Part shown: in pieces, positions 19,895-29,551 of the stretch | Layout: the number at the start of each line of letters is the position of its first letter | How positions within the stretch are numbered: the stretch's first letter is position 1 | Source of the DNA: Rickettsiales bacterium | GTDB lineage: Bacteria > Pseudomonadota > Alphaproteobacteria > Rickettsiales > UBA3002 | NCBI GenBank assembly: GCA_044239745.1 | Contig: JBIIAV010000001.1 | Coordinates: 18,884-82,883 of the forward strand | DNA length: 64,000 bases | Direction: 5' to 3' | The notes under the pieces: generated by a model | The model's database searches: none | What the model was told of the DNA's origin: nothing | The model's input: only the letters and a program-made list of their open reading frames with translations | Program-made: the position numbers and the translations under genes

Positions 19895-21181
19895 TTAGCT
19901 ATGATTTTTGAGCACATCCCCCGCTAGGAAAAGCGAGCCCGCGATCAAGAGTGTTCCAGCTGTGTTGTTACCGCATCGGTCGGCGAATGCGGACAGCGTT
20001 TCAACATACTCGGCGTTTTCAATGCCGGCAGCGCGGGCACATTGCGCCAGCGTCGCGGGGTCGTAGGCATCCTGCTGCGCGATGGGTACCCCGACGAACG
20101 CGGATAGATAGGGCGCCAAGGGTTGCAAGAACGCCTGCGCGTCCTTGCGGCGCATCATGCCGCACAGTAACGTCACCGGCGCGCGCTGTTGCGACAGCCA
20201 ATCGGCAAGCACCCGCGCGGCGCTTGGGTTGTGCCCACCATCGAGCATGACATCGCCGCGTTGCCCCCATGCCTCAACAAGCGGGCCATACTTCAGTTGC
20301 TGCAAGCGCGCCGGCCAGCGTGCGGATCGCACGCCGTTGCGCATCGCCTCTTCGCTAACCGGCAACGATGGCAAAAGTGCCCGTACCACTACCGAGGCCA
20401 GCGCTGCATTATGCTGTTGGTGCGAACCGGCGAGCGCCGGTAGCGGCAATTCCCAGCGGTCGCTCGCCTGCGTCACGCTCAAGGCTCCATCCGCCACCGC
20501 GTACGACCACTCACGGCCATGCGCTGTGCATTGCGTGTGCCGTTCATGCGCAACGGCATCGAGCACCGCAAGTGCATCGGCAGGCTGTTTGCCGACGATG
20601 CATGGGCGCGCATGCTTGATGATGCCAGCTTTCTCGCCGGCGATCTTTGCGATGGTGCCGCCGAGGAATTCCATATGGTCGTAATCGATCGGGGTGATGA
20701 TGGTGGCAAGCGGTGCGGCGATAACATTCGTCGCATCGAGTCTTCCGCCCATGCCGGTCTCTAGCAGCAGCACATCCGCCGCTGTGTTGGCGAAGGCAAG
20801 GAATGCCAGCGCCGTCGTCGCTTCGAAGAAGGTGACGGGGATTTTTTGCGCGGGGGCATGCACCCGCTGCAGGTGCTGCCATAGCGTGGCGTCGTCGATA
20901 TCGTTTCCGGCGAGGGTGATACGCTCGTTGAAGTGCACCAAATGCGGCGAGGTATAGCGATGCACGCGATATCCCGCTTCGGTATAGATGGCCTGCAGGA
21001 AGGCAAGCGTCGAACCTTTGCCGTTCGTTCCCGCCGCATGGATGACCGATGGCAATTGCGTGTGCGGGTTTCCAAGCGCTTCGAGCAATTGCATCATGCG
21101 CTCGAGCGACAGGTCGATCCCTGGTAACGAAGGGTGGTTCAACTCCTCGAGCAACCGCGCGATATCAGGGTTCAGGTGCAT
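19895..21181 (-). CDS. folC: Bifunctional folylpolyglutamate synthase / dihydrofolate synthase
   Basis: Mur-ligase-type P-loop (AGTNGKGST). I take the start at ATG 21181 (MHLNPDIARLLEEL), which overlaps the folP stop by 10 nt; the track extension to 21349 lies out of frame inside folP. Confidence 0.9.
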   Translation of the reverse strand: MHLNPDIARLLEELNHPSLPGIDLSLERMMQLLEALGNPHTQLPSVIHAAGTNGKGSTLAFLQAIYTEAGYRVHRYTSPHLVHFNERITLAGNDIDDATLWQHLQRVHAPAQKIPVTFFEATTALAFLAFANTAADVLLLETGMGGRLDATNVIAAPLATIITPIDYDHMEFLGGTIAKIAGEKAGIIKHARPCIVGKQPADALAVLDAVAHERHTQCTAHGREWSYAVADGALSVTQASDRWELPLPALAGSHQQHNAALASVVVRALLPSLPVSEEAMRNGVRSARWPARLQQLKYGPLVEAWGQRGDVMLDGGHNPSAARVLADWLSQQRAPVTLLCGMMRRKDAQAFLQPLAPYLSAFVGVPIAQQDAYDPATLAQCARAAGIENAEYVETLSAFADRCGNNTAGTLLIAGSLFLAGDVLKNHS

Positions 21182-21960
21182 ATCTTCTCGAAAAGCGCGG
21201 TATGACGCGCCACCGCGTGCACACGCACATAGTCGATGCCACTGGCCGCCAATTGCGCCGACCATGCAAGCGTCAGATCGTCGCGCTGCGCACTTGCGGC
21301 ATCGGTGAATAAGGTGAGGAATGATTTTCGTGAATGGCCGAACAGCCACCTTCCGCCGCTTTGCTTCAAGGCCGCCGCTTCGGTCATCAGCTTCAACGAT
21401 TGCATCGCCGTTTTACCGAAGCCGATGCCGGCATCATAGATGAGGCGTTCCGGCGCGATGCCACGCGATGCCGCCTGCGTCGTGATATCGCGTTTCCAAT
21501 CCAATAGCGTGCGCACCACGTCGCAATCATGTGGCAAGGTCGTGTTTGGGTCGGCGGGGAGGCTGAGTGCATGCATCACCACCACGTCGCAATCATGCTC
21601 GGCCAATATCTCGGCCATGGCGTGATCCCTCAGGCCGCCGACATCGTTGATGATATCCACCCCCAGCGCCAATGCGCGGCCGGCGGTTTGGGCGTAGCGC
21701 GTATCGACACTCAGGCGCACAGATTCTCGCCAATCGCAGCGATGTAGTGCCGTGAGCACCGGCTGAAGGCGCTGCCATTCGGCTTCGGCCGTAAGCGGGG
21801 CTGCATGCGGGCGGGTGGATTCCGCACCGATATCCACGATATCCGCACCCGCTTTCATTACATCATGGGCATGGGCGAATGCATATTCGGCCAGCTTTCC
21901 ATCACCGGAGAATGAATCCGGCGTGACATTCACCACCCCCATCAAGGCTGGGCGCTTCAT
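21172..21960 (-). CDS. folP: Dihydropteroate synthase
   Basis: The start is at ATG 21960 (MKRPALMGVVNVTPDSFSGDG, the classic DHPS N-terminus) with an ATGA overlap to the folK stop. Also carries DIINDVGG and GIGFGK motifs. Confidence 0.93.
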   Translation of the reverse strand: MKRPALMGVVNVTPDSFSGDGKLAEYAFAHAHDVMKAGADIVDIGAESTRPHAAPLTAEAEWQRLQPVLTALHRCDWRESVRLSVDTRYAQTAGRALALGVDIINDVGGLRDHAMAEILAEHDCDVVVMHALSLPADPNTTLPHDCDVVRTLLDWKRDITTQAASRGIAPERLIYDAGIGFGKTAMQSLKLMTEAAALKQSGGRWLFGHSRKSFLTLFTDAASAQRDDLTLAWSAQLAASGIDYVRVHAVARHTALFEKICT

Positions 21961-22424
21961 GATGGCAACGCCGCTAACAGCTCCCGCGCTGTTTTCCGGT
22001 ACACAGGATGCGTCCATTCGGGGGCGATCTCGACCAACGGCTCCAGCACGAAACGCCGGCTGTCCATTTGCGGGTGCGGCAGCGTCAGCGTCTCCTCCAC
22101 CACCACGCGGTCGTCGTAGGCGATGATATCGATATCGATCTCGCGCGGGGCCCAGCGCGCCTCGGGGTTGCGCCCCAACTCCGCCTCGATATGCTTGATG
22201 CAGGCGAGCAGGTCGAGGGGCTGCAAATGCGTGCGCACCGCGATCACCTGATTGAGGTACGGTATATTCCACGATGCCGGCGCGCCTTCAGGCATCAAGG
22301 CCAGCGTTTCGTAGATGGAGGAAGTGTGCGTCACCTCGACATCGAAGGCGGCAAGCACACTGCGCGCTTGAGCTAGATACATCTCGCGGTTGCCAAGGTT
22401 ACTGCCCAACGCAAGGAATATCAT
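21957..22424 (-). CDS. folK: 2-amino-4-hydroxy-6-hydroxymethyldihydropteridine diphosphokinase (HPPK)
   Basis: 155 aa. Carries MIFLALGSNLGNR, WAPREIDIDII and TLPHPQMDSRRFVLEPL motifs. Confidence 0.92.
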   Translation of the reverse strand: MIFLALGSNLGNREMYLAQARSVLAAFDVEVTHTSSIYETLALMPEGAPASWNIPYLNQVIAVRTHLQPLDLLACIKHIEAELGRNPEARWAPREIDIDIIAYDDRVVVEETLTLPHPQMDSRRFVLEPLVEIAPEWTHPVYRKTARELLAALPS

Positions 22425-22431
22425 GCCTGCC

Positions 22432-22842
22432 TCAGTCGAAGGTCGCGACGGTCGATCCCGCCGGAAGGTCGCAATGGGTGAAGCAGGCGCCGCCGGTCAA
22501 TCCGGGCACCGGTGCCGCCACCTTGTTGAGGCGCAACCACAGCTTGATATGCGAACCGCCGCGCGAATCCAGCTCGTGGCGCAAGTGGCGGTGCAGCTCC
22601 GCGCCCATGAATTCCACCAGCTTGAACTCGCGCGAGGCGATGAAATCGCTCAGCAGCTTGCATAGCTGGCCGTAATCGAAGAAGTCGGCCTCATCATCGA
22701 GCGCGCAGGAGGGGCTTTCCGGAAAATAGAGGCGGAAGCACACCTCGATCGGCTGGGGCTTGGCGCGCTCGCCGTTATAAAAGCCGATATGCGCCGGCAC
22801 CTGCAGGCTATTGACCGATAACATATGGGCGTAATGGGGCAT
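22432..22842 (-). CDS. folB: Dihydroneopterin aldolase family protein
   Basis: 136 aa that align to the DHNA pattern with the catalytic positions kept (GERA Glu, DYG Tyr, LVEF Glu, LNKVAAPVPG Lys). First gene of the folB-folK-folP-folC run. Confidence 0.75.
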   Translation of the reverse strand: MPHYAHMLSVNSLQVPAHIGFYNGERAKPQPIEVCFRLYFPESPSCALDDEADFFDYGQLCKLLSDFIASREFKLVEFMGAELHRHLRHELDSRGGSHIKLWLRLNKVAAPVPGLTGGACFTHCDLPAGSTVATFD

Positions 22843-22896
22843 GGCGATCCTCTAAAAACTAGTGTCATGGCCGAAAATTCAGGCTAAAGCAAGCGG

Positions 22897-23760
22897 ATGA
22901 ATAAAAAAATGACCTGCATCAACGGAAGCTTCTTTCCCAGCGCCGAAGCACGCATTCCCGTGACGGATCGCGGCTTTCGCTTCGGCGATGGCGTATTCGA
23001 GACCATCGCCGTGGTCGGGGGCGTCGCCTATCAATGGGAATTCCACCGTGAGCGCTGCTTACAGGGCTTGCGCGCCCTGCGTATCACCCCGCCCACCTTC
23101 GATTGGCCAACGATGCTTGCGCAATGCCTGACCCAGAACCACGCGAGCGATGGATTCCTGCGCATCGCCATATCGCGCGGCTGCGGCAGCCAAGGCTACA
23201 TGCCCGATTCAGGTATCGCTGCTACATGGGTCATCGAACATCTCGATGCCATGCCACCAACCCTCGACCCCATCACGCTTTACCGCAGCACGATCGAACG
23301 CCCGTCGCTTGCGGCATTGCCGGTCAACCACAAGCTGGCGCAAGGGGTCGGCAGCACACTAGCGCTGCTCGAAGCACGCGACCATGGCTGCCACGAAGCC
23401 TTGATGCTGAATGCAAATGGCCATGTGTGCGAGGCGGCAAGCGCTAATATCTTCTGGATCCGCGGCCACCAGCTTTATACCCCCGCATTGTCGACTGGCT
23501 GCGTCAACGGCAGCACCCGCGCCGCCATCATGCGCCTTGCCCCATGTATTGAAGCGACCGCAACGCTCGAGGAATTTTGCACCGCAGAGGCGGTGTTCCT
23601 CAGCAATGTGCGTCTGGGTGTGGCGGCGATGTCGTCGCTTCTGCCGAATGACGTTCATTTCTCGACCACGCACCCACAACTTTTGGAAATCGCTTCACGG
23701 CTGAAGGAAGATCGCGCCGCTTACACCAGCCAGCAGCGCAGCGCATGGGCAGCGGCATGA
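22897..23760 (+). CDS. pabC: Aminodeoxychorismate lyase (class IV aminotransferase fold)
   Basis: 287 aa with a fold-type IV PLP enzyme N-terminus (DRGFRFGDGVFETI). Its stop overlaps the pabB start (ATGA at 23757-23760). It is divergent from the fol operon. Confidence 0.72.
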   Translation: MNKKMTCINGSFFPSAEARIPVTDRGFRFGDGVFETIAVVGGVAYQWEFHRERCLQGLRALRITPPTFDWPTMLAQCLTQNHASDGFLRIAISRGCGSQGYMPDSGIAATWVIEHLDAMPPTLDPITLYRSTIERPSLAALPVNHKLAQGVGSTLALLEARDHGCHEALMLNANGHVCEAASANIFWIRGHQLYTPALSTGCVNGSTRAAIMRLAPCIEATATLEEFCTAEAVFLSNVRLGVAAMSSLLPNDVHFSTTHPQLLEIASRLKEDRAAYTSQQRSAWAAA

Positions 23761-25046
23761 GCGATTGGAAATATGTCCGTCGCCTGCCATGGCGCGACCC
23801 GCTCGCCTTTTCGCAGCCCTTCGCGAACGGCGATATGGCATTGCTTTATTCCGGCATGACCGAAGCCTTCACCGGCAGCACCAGCTATCTTTTCGTCGAA
23901 GCCATCGAAGCGCGCAGCGGCAGCGATTGGCGTAACCTGCCGGCCCTCGCCCCTACTTGCGATATCCCGTTACCGGTCTGGGTCGGCTATCTGGGATATG
24001 GCATGCGCGACGATGACTTGCGCAGCAGCTCAAGCCCGATCGACCTGCCGGATTTCCAGCTCGTGCGCTACGCCCATCTCTTTTGTTTCGATCATGAAGC
24101 GCAGCATATCGATGTCTATGCCCACCCTGCGCATGCGCCACTGGATATCGACAAATCGTCGTCAACCGCATCGCCAGCCGCACTTTCACGCATCGCGCAA
24201 CTTTCTTCCAACTTCAGCCGCTCGGATTACGGCGCGCTCGTCGAGCAGACGGTAGCGCGCATCCATGCCGGCGATTTTTACCAAGCCAATATCACCCGCA
24301 AATTCTTCGGCCAATTCGAGAGTGCGCCCGATAGCTGGCAGCTATTCACGCGGCTGACCGCTGCAAGCCCCGCCCCTTACAGCGCCTATATCCGCCATGG
24401 CGGGCTTGCTATCGTTTCCTCCAGCCCCGAATGTTTTCTCACCCTGCAGGCGGATGGGACGCTCATCACCCGCCCGATCAAAGGCTCTGCTCGGCGTAGC
24501 GACGATGCCGCCGAGGACACGGCCATAAAGGAACAGCTAAGAACCAGCACCAAGAACCATGCCGAGAATCTGATGATCGTTGACCTGATGCGCAACGATC
24601 TCGCCCGTGTCAGCGAAACCGGCAGCGTTGCGGTCGTCGAGCAATCCGTGCTTTATTCCTATCGCACCATTCACCACCTCATTTCCACCATTCGCGCGCG
24701 CAAAAAGCCGGAAATAACGGCCTACGAAGCGGTGCGCGCCTGTTTCCCCGCCGGATCGATGACCGGCGCACCGAAAATTGCCGCCATGCACTGGTGTACC
24801 CCCCGCGAAGGTCTCGAGCGCGGCGTCTATAGCGGCGTCATCGGTTGGTTCGGGCATGGCCAGCGCTGCGATCTCTCGGTCGTCATCCGCACCTTGATCG
24901 TGGCGGGCGATCGCTTCGAGTTCCAAGTCGGCGGCGGCATCGTCGCGGATTCCACGGCCGACGATGAATGGCGCGAGACCCTGACCAAGGCGCGCGGCAT
25001 CCTATCCGCCCTTGGGTTGGACGAAACCGATATCGCTAACATTTGA
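23757..25046 (+). CDS. pabB: Aminodeoxychorismate synthase component I
   Basis: Chorismate-binding enzyme motifs SSSPECFL, TRPIKGSARR, GSMTGAPK and GVYSGVIGW. The start is at ATG 23757 (MSDWKY). No glutamine amidotransferase (pabA) is adjacent. Confidence 0.82.
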   Translation: MSDWKYVRRLPWRDPLAFSQPFANGDMALLYSGMTEAFTGSTSYLFVEAIEARSGSDWRNLPALAPTCDIPLPVWVGYLGYGMRDDDLRSSSSPIDLPDFQLVRYAHLFCFDHEAQHIDVYAHPAHAPLDIDKSSSTASPAALSRIAQLSSNFSRSDYGALVEQTVARIHAGDFYQANITRKFFGQFESAPDSWQLFTRLTAASPAPYSAYIRHGGLAIVSSSPECFLTLQADGTLITRPIKGSARRSDDAAEDTAIKEQLRTSTKNHAENLMIVDLMRNDLARVSETGSVAVVEQSVLYSYRTIHHLISTIRARKKPEITAYEAVRACFPAGSMTGAPKIAAMHWCTPREGLERGVYSGVIGWFGHGQRCDLSVVIRTLIVAGDRFEFQVGGGIVADSTADDEWRETLTKARGILSALGLDETDIANI

Positions 25047-25100
25047 TATGATTTTACCGATGGATTTTATCGGGATTTAAGATAGAATTGGCCTGCATTG

Positions 25101-25400
25101 ATGGTTCAAAAGCCCTACAGTTTTCAAGCGACTATCGCGCTTTACCGTGGCCACACGCTGTGGCACTACGTCAGCCTGCCTGCCGATATAGCCGAAAAAA
25201 TCCGCAACCATTGCATTGCGCGCCACCTCAACGGTGAGCATGTGCCAGTGGAAGTGACGATCGATCGTGTGTCGTGGCGCACCAAACTGTTCGAGGATAA
25301 AAAATCCAAATCCTACATGCTGCCGCTGAAGGCGCATGGCAACGACAGCACCCTGCGCATCGGTGAATCGTTGGACGTCAAACTACGCATGACGGTATAA
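25101..25400 (+). CDS. DUF1905 domain protein
   Basis: About 100 aa. The pattern WHYVSLPADIAEKIR...VPVEVTIDRVSWRTKLFEDKKSKSYMLPLKA fits DUF1905. The start is ATG 25101 (track start 25098 is TTG). Its stop directly abuts the dnaE stop. Confidence 0.6.
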   Translation: MVQKPYSFQATIALYRGHTLWHYVSLPADIAEKIRNHCIARHLNGEHVPVEVTIDRVSWRTKLFEDKKSKSYMLPLKAHGNDSTLRIGESLDVKLRMTV

Positions 25401-28400
25401 TCACGCCGCTTCAGCGGTCACGCCACGCAAATGCTGCATCTGCATGATCTTCGCCGTCGCAATCGGGTAATGCCCGTTCAACGCCAGCTTGACCACGCCG
25501 CTGGGAAGCGTCACCAGTAATTCCACCTTCGCGCCACGCTCCTGCGGTGCCCCGATCATTTCTTTCAGCGCGTTCAGGTCCTCCACCGTATCGACCTTGA
25601 CGGTGAGCGCTTGGGTGCGCACCCCCTGCGCGGCCTGATCGAGGGGTTCGATACGCGTGACAAGCAGCCGCTGGCCGCGTTCGCCGATGCGCACATCCAC
25701 GCCAAACAACAGGGCTGTGCCAGCCTTCAATAAGGCGTGATGCTGGTTCAAAAGCGCTTCATCGAAAACGGCAACCTCATACTGGCCATACGCATCGGAT
25801 AAGGTAAGGAATGCCGAACGCCCACGCGGCGAGCTACGAATTTTATTAGCGGTGAGAATGCCCGCCAGCTTAAGTGATTGGCGATCTGAAAGCGATTGCG
25901 TCGTCCGCGTCGAGGGCGAAACACCGAGCTTCTTGAAGACAGGGGCGTAAGGCTCTAGCGGGTGGGCGGAAAGATAGAACCCGATGGCGGCGCATTCATG
26001 GTTCAGTTTCTCGATGACCGGCCATTCGGCGATGTCCTTCAGTGGCCGCCGGTTCATATCCTGTGCCATGGCCTCGCCGAACAAGCTCACCTGCGCGCTG
26101 CCACGCTCTTGCGTCGCGCTCTGGGCGGAGGCGATCAGCGCGTCGAGCGATTCGAGCAATTGCCGGCGGTTGCCCACCAGCGCATCGAACGCCCCCGCCA
26201 TCACCAGATGTTCCAGCTGACGGCGGTTCATCACGCTCGCATCCACCCGATTGGCGAAATCATAGATGTCCTTGAAGGGGCCATTACGTTCACGTTCGGC
26301 CACGATCTGCTCCATGGCCGCCGCGCCGACATTCTTGATGGCCGCGAGCGCATAACGAATGGCGTGTTTTCCGTCTGCCGTTTTCTCGACCGAGAATTGC
26401 GCATGCGAATGATTCATATCCGGCGGCAGCACTTCGATCCCGAATTTCTTCGCCTCGGCCACGAATTGGCTCAACTTATCGGTCGAGCCGCTTTCGTAGG
26501 TCATCGAGGCGGCAAGGAACTGCGTGGTGTAGTTCGCCTTCAGGTACGCCGTTTGATACGCGATCACGGCATAGGCCGCCGCGTGTGATTTGTTGAAGCC
26601 ATAGCCCGCGAACTTCGCCACCAGATCGAAGATATGCGAGGCTTGCGCCTCCGGCACGTTATTGCGGCGCGCCCCTTCGGTGAACAAGGCGCGTTGCGCG
26701 TCCATCTCGGCCTTGATCTTCTTACCCATCGCGCGGCGCAGAAGGTCCGCACCGCCGAGCGTGTAGCCCGCAAGTATCTGAGCGATTTTCTGTACTTGTT
26801 CCTGATAGATGATGACGCCGTAAGTCTCCTTCAACACCGGCTCCAGCAGCGAGTGCAGGTAGTCCGGTCGGGCGCGGCCGTGCTTCACGTCGATGTAGTT
26901 GGGAATATTGTCCATCGGGCCGGGGCGATAGAGCGCGCCAAGCGCGATGAGATCCTCGATGGCGTCCGGTCGCAGGTTCTTGAGCGCCTCGCGCATGCCG
27001 GCGGATTCGAACTGGAACACGCCGAGCGTATCGCCGCGGCTGAGCATGGCGTAGGTCTTGGGGTCGCTTTCCGGAAGCGTCAGCAGGTCGATCGCCACAC
27101 CTTCCGCCGCCAGCATATCGACCGCTTTTTGAAGGATGGAAAGCGTGCGCAATCCCAAGAAGTCGAACTTCACGAGACCGGCCGCTTCCGCCCATTTCAT
27201 CGAATATTGTACGACGAGCATGTCGGATTTGGGGTCGCGGTAGAGTGGCACCAGATCGACCAACGGCCGATCCCCGATGACAAGCCCCGCCGCATGGGTC
27301 GAGGCATGGCGATACAATCCCTCGAGCTTGAGCGAAAACTCTGCCAAGCGGCTGGCGTTCTCGTCCTCCTCGATCGCCTGACGCAGCATCGGTTCTTGGT
27401 CGATGGCTTCCTTCAGGGTCACCGGTGCGGCGGGATTATTGGGCACCAACTTACAGATGCGGTCGACCTGACTGTAAGGCAATTGCAGCACCCGCCCGAC
27501 ATCGCGCAGCACCGCGCGCGCCTGCAATTTACCGAACGTAATGATCTGCGCCACGCGGTCGTCACCATATTTCTTGCTGACATATTCGATGACGCGTTCG
27601 CGGCCGTCCTGACAGAAATCGATATCGAAATCCGGCATCGAGACGCGTTCGGGGTTCAAGAACCGCTCGAAGATGAGCCCAAACCGTAGCGGATCAAGGT
27701 CGGTGATGAGTAGCGCCCACGCCACGATGGAGCCGGCCCCCGAACCCCGACCCGGCCCGACGGGGATGCCTTGCTCTTTTGCCCATGAGATGAAATCCGA
27801 GACGATGAGGAAGTAGCCGGGGAACTTCATGGTGATGATGACGTCGAGCTCAAAATCCAAACGCTCGCGATACGGTTTGGCGACCGCCTCTTTTTCTTCC
27901 GCGCTCATGCCTTCGGTGAATACCAGCTTGGCCAGCCGTGCCTCCAGCCCTTCTTTGGCCTTCAGTATCAGCGCGTCCGACTCGCTGAGCACCGCACCGG
28001 TGGCATCCGTCATACGGAATCCCGGCAGGATCGGCGAGCGCGACGGCGCCCAGATATGGCAACGCCGCGCAATGTTCAGCGTGTTCTCGATCGCTTCGGG
28101 AATATCGCGGAACAGTAGCTTCATTTCCTCGGTGTTCTTGAAGCAATGCTGTGCGTTCATACGCGGGCGGTTGGTCTCGGTGACGTAGCGTCCATCGGCT
28201 ACGCACAGCAATGCGTCATGCGCCTCGACCATCCCTTTATCGGCGAAATAGATGTTATTGGTCGCGACAAGCGGCAGGTTTCTTTCAAGCGCGATATCGA
28301 TCTGCGCTCGCTCGATCTGCTTTTCCTCGGGCAGGCCATGGCGCATCAGTTCAACGTAAAGTCGGTCGCCGAACATATCCTGCAACTGCGTCAGCATTTG

Positions 28401-28871
28401 TTCCGCTTCGGCCTTGCGATTGGCCAAAAGCAAGCGGCCGAAACCGCCATGCGTCGCCCCCGTCAGGGCGATCAGCCCAGCGCTGTGGGCGGCGATGGTC
28501 TCGTAATCCAACAGCGGCGGCGTGGCTAGCGCAGGGTGGGTGTAGGCCTTGCTCGAAAGTTGTAGCAGATTGGCATAGCCTTGCTCGTCCTTGGCGTAGA
28601 CAAGCAGTGCATCGGGAATCATTTTCTGGTTGCCGACGGATTGGCGCTCGAGCGTGCTGGGAACGACCGAAAGCGTGATGCCCAGAATCGGCTGGATGCC
28701 CTCCTTGACCGCGTATTCCGAGAATTCCAGCGAACCGAACAGGTTGTCGTGGTCGCACAGGCCGAGGGCGGGCATCTGGGCGGCTTTGGCCAAGGCCACC
28801 AACTTCGATATCTTGATGGCGCCCTTGAGCAGCGAATAGGCACTGTGGCTGCGCAGGTGAACGAAGCTCAT
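25401..28871 (-). CDS. dnaE: DNA polymerase III subunit alpha
   Basis: 1156 aa with an N-terminal PHP domain (FVHLRSHSAYSLLKGA) and a pol IIIalpha core (PDFDIDF, GLVKFDFLGL, FNKSHAAAYA). The start overlaps the lolD stop (ATGA). Confidence 0.96.
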   Translation of the reverse strand: MSFVHLRSHSAYSLLKGAIKISKLVALAKAAQMPALGLCDHDNLFGSLEFSEYAVKEGIQPILGITLSVVPSTLERQSVGNQKMIPDALLVYAKDEQGYANLLQLSSKAYTHPALATPPLLDYETIAAHSAGLIALTGATHGGFGRLLLANRKAEAEQMLTQLQDMFGDRLYVELMRHGLPEEKQIERAQIDIALERNLPLVATNNIYFADKGMVEAHDALLCVADGRYVTETNRPRMNAQHCFKNTEEMKLLFRDIPEAIENTLNIARRCHIWAPSRSPILPGFRMTDATGAVLSESDALILKAKEGLEARLAKLVFTEGMSAEEKEAVAKPYRERLDFELDVIITMKFPGYFLIVSDFISWAKEQGIPVGPGRGSGAGSIVAWALLITDLDPLRFGLIFERFLNPERVSMPDFDIDFCQDGRERVIEYVSKKYGDDRVAQIITFGKLQARAVLRDVGRVLQLPYSQVDRICKLVPNNPAAPVTLKEAIDQEPMLRQAIEEDENASRLAEFSLKLEGLYRHASTHAAGLVIGDRPLVDLVPLYRDPKSDMLVVQYSMKWAEAAGLVKFDFLGLRTLSILQKAVDMLAAEGVAIDLLTLPESDPKTYAMLSRGDTLGVFQFESAGMREALKNLRPDAIEDLIALGALYRPGPMDNIPNYIDVKHGRARPDYLHSLLEPVLKETYGVIIYQEQVQKIAQILAGYTLGGADLLRRAMGKKIKAEMDAQRALFTEGARRNNVPEAQASHIFDLVAKFAGYGFNKSHAAAYAVIAYQTAYLKANYTTQFLAASMTYESGSTDKLSQFVAEAKKFGIEVLPPDMNHSHAQFSVEKTADGKHAIRYALAAIKNVGAAAMEQIVAERERNGPFKDIYDFANRVDASVMNRRQLEHLVMAGAFDALVGNRRQLLESLDALIASAQSATQERGSAQVSLFGEAMAQDMNRRPLKDIAEWPVIEKLNHECAAIGFYLSAHPLEPYAPVFKKLGVSPSTRTTQSLSDRQSLKLAGILTANKIRSSPRGRSAFLTLSDAYGQYEVAVFDEALLNQHHALLKAGTALLFGVDVRIGERGQRLLVTRIEPLDQAAQGVRTQALTVKVDTVEDLNALKEMIGAPQERGAKVELLVTLPSGVVKLALNGHYPIATAKIMQMQHLRGVTAEAA

Positions 28872-29551
28872 ACCGCGATCGCTTCCACACGGCCGTCGCG
28901 CAGGGTGATAGCGCGGTGTAGCCGGCCGGCCAGCTCCATATTGTGGGTTGCCACCAGTGCGGCCACCCCCTCCTCGCGCGCTACCTCGAGCAGCAGGTTC
29001 GTTACCGTCGTGCAGGTGGTGGGGTCGAGGTTACCGGTCGGTTCGTCGGCAAGGATCAGCGGCGGCTTATTCGCCAAGGCGCGGGCAATGGCAACGCGCT
29101 GCTGCTCGCCACCGGAAAGCTGCGAGGGCAAATGGTGCCCGCGATCAGCAAGCCCGAGCCGTTCCAAAAGCAATGCCGCCCGCGTGCGGGCAACGCTCAT
29201 GCTCGCCCCTGCGATCCGCTGCGGCAGCATCACGTTCTCGGCGGCGGTCAGCTCCGGCAGCAAGTTATGGAACTGATAAATGAACCCGATATGGCGATTG
29301 CGCAATTGGGTGCGCAAGGCATCGCTGGCGCTGCTGGCGTCCACCCCCGCGATGTGGATGCTGCCGCTTTGCGGGCTATCGAGCAGCCCTGCGATATGTA
29401 GCAATGTCGATTTACCGGAACCCGAAGGCCCCACAAGCGCAACGGATTCACCGGAAATCAGCGTAAGATTCGCCTCCCGCAACACCGGCACCGCGCCTGC
29501 CGCGCTTTGATAGATGCGTGAAACACCCTGCAACTCAAGCACGTTACTCAT
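28868..29551 (-). CDS. lolD: Lipoprotein-releasing ABC transporter ATP-binding protein LolD
   Basis: Walker A GPSGSGKSTLL, signature LSGGEQQRVAIARAL and Walker B LILADEPTGNLD. The start is at ATG 29551 (MSNVLELQGV), overlapping the lolC stop by 8 nt. Confidence 0.9.
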   Translation of the reverse strand: MSNVLELQGVSRIYQSAAGAVPVLREANLTLISGESVALVGPSGSGKSTLLHIAGLLDSPQSGSIHIAGVDASSASDALRTQLRNRHIGFIYQFHNLLPELTAAENVMLPQRIAGASMSVARTRAALLLERLGLADRGHHLPSQLSGGEQQRVAIARALANKPPLILADEPTGNLDPTTCTTVTNLLLEVAREEGVAALVATHNMELAGRLHRAITLRDGRVEAIAV

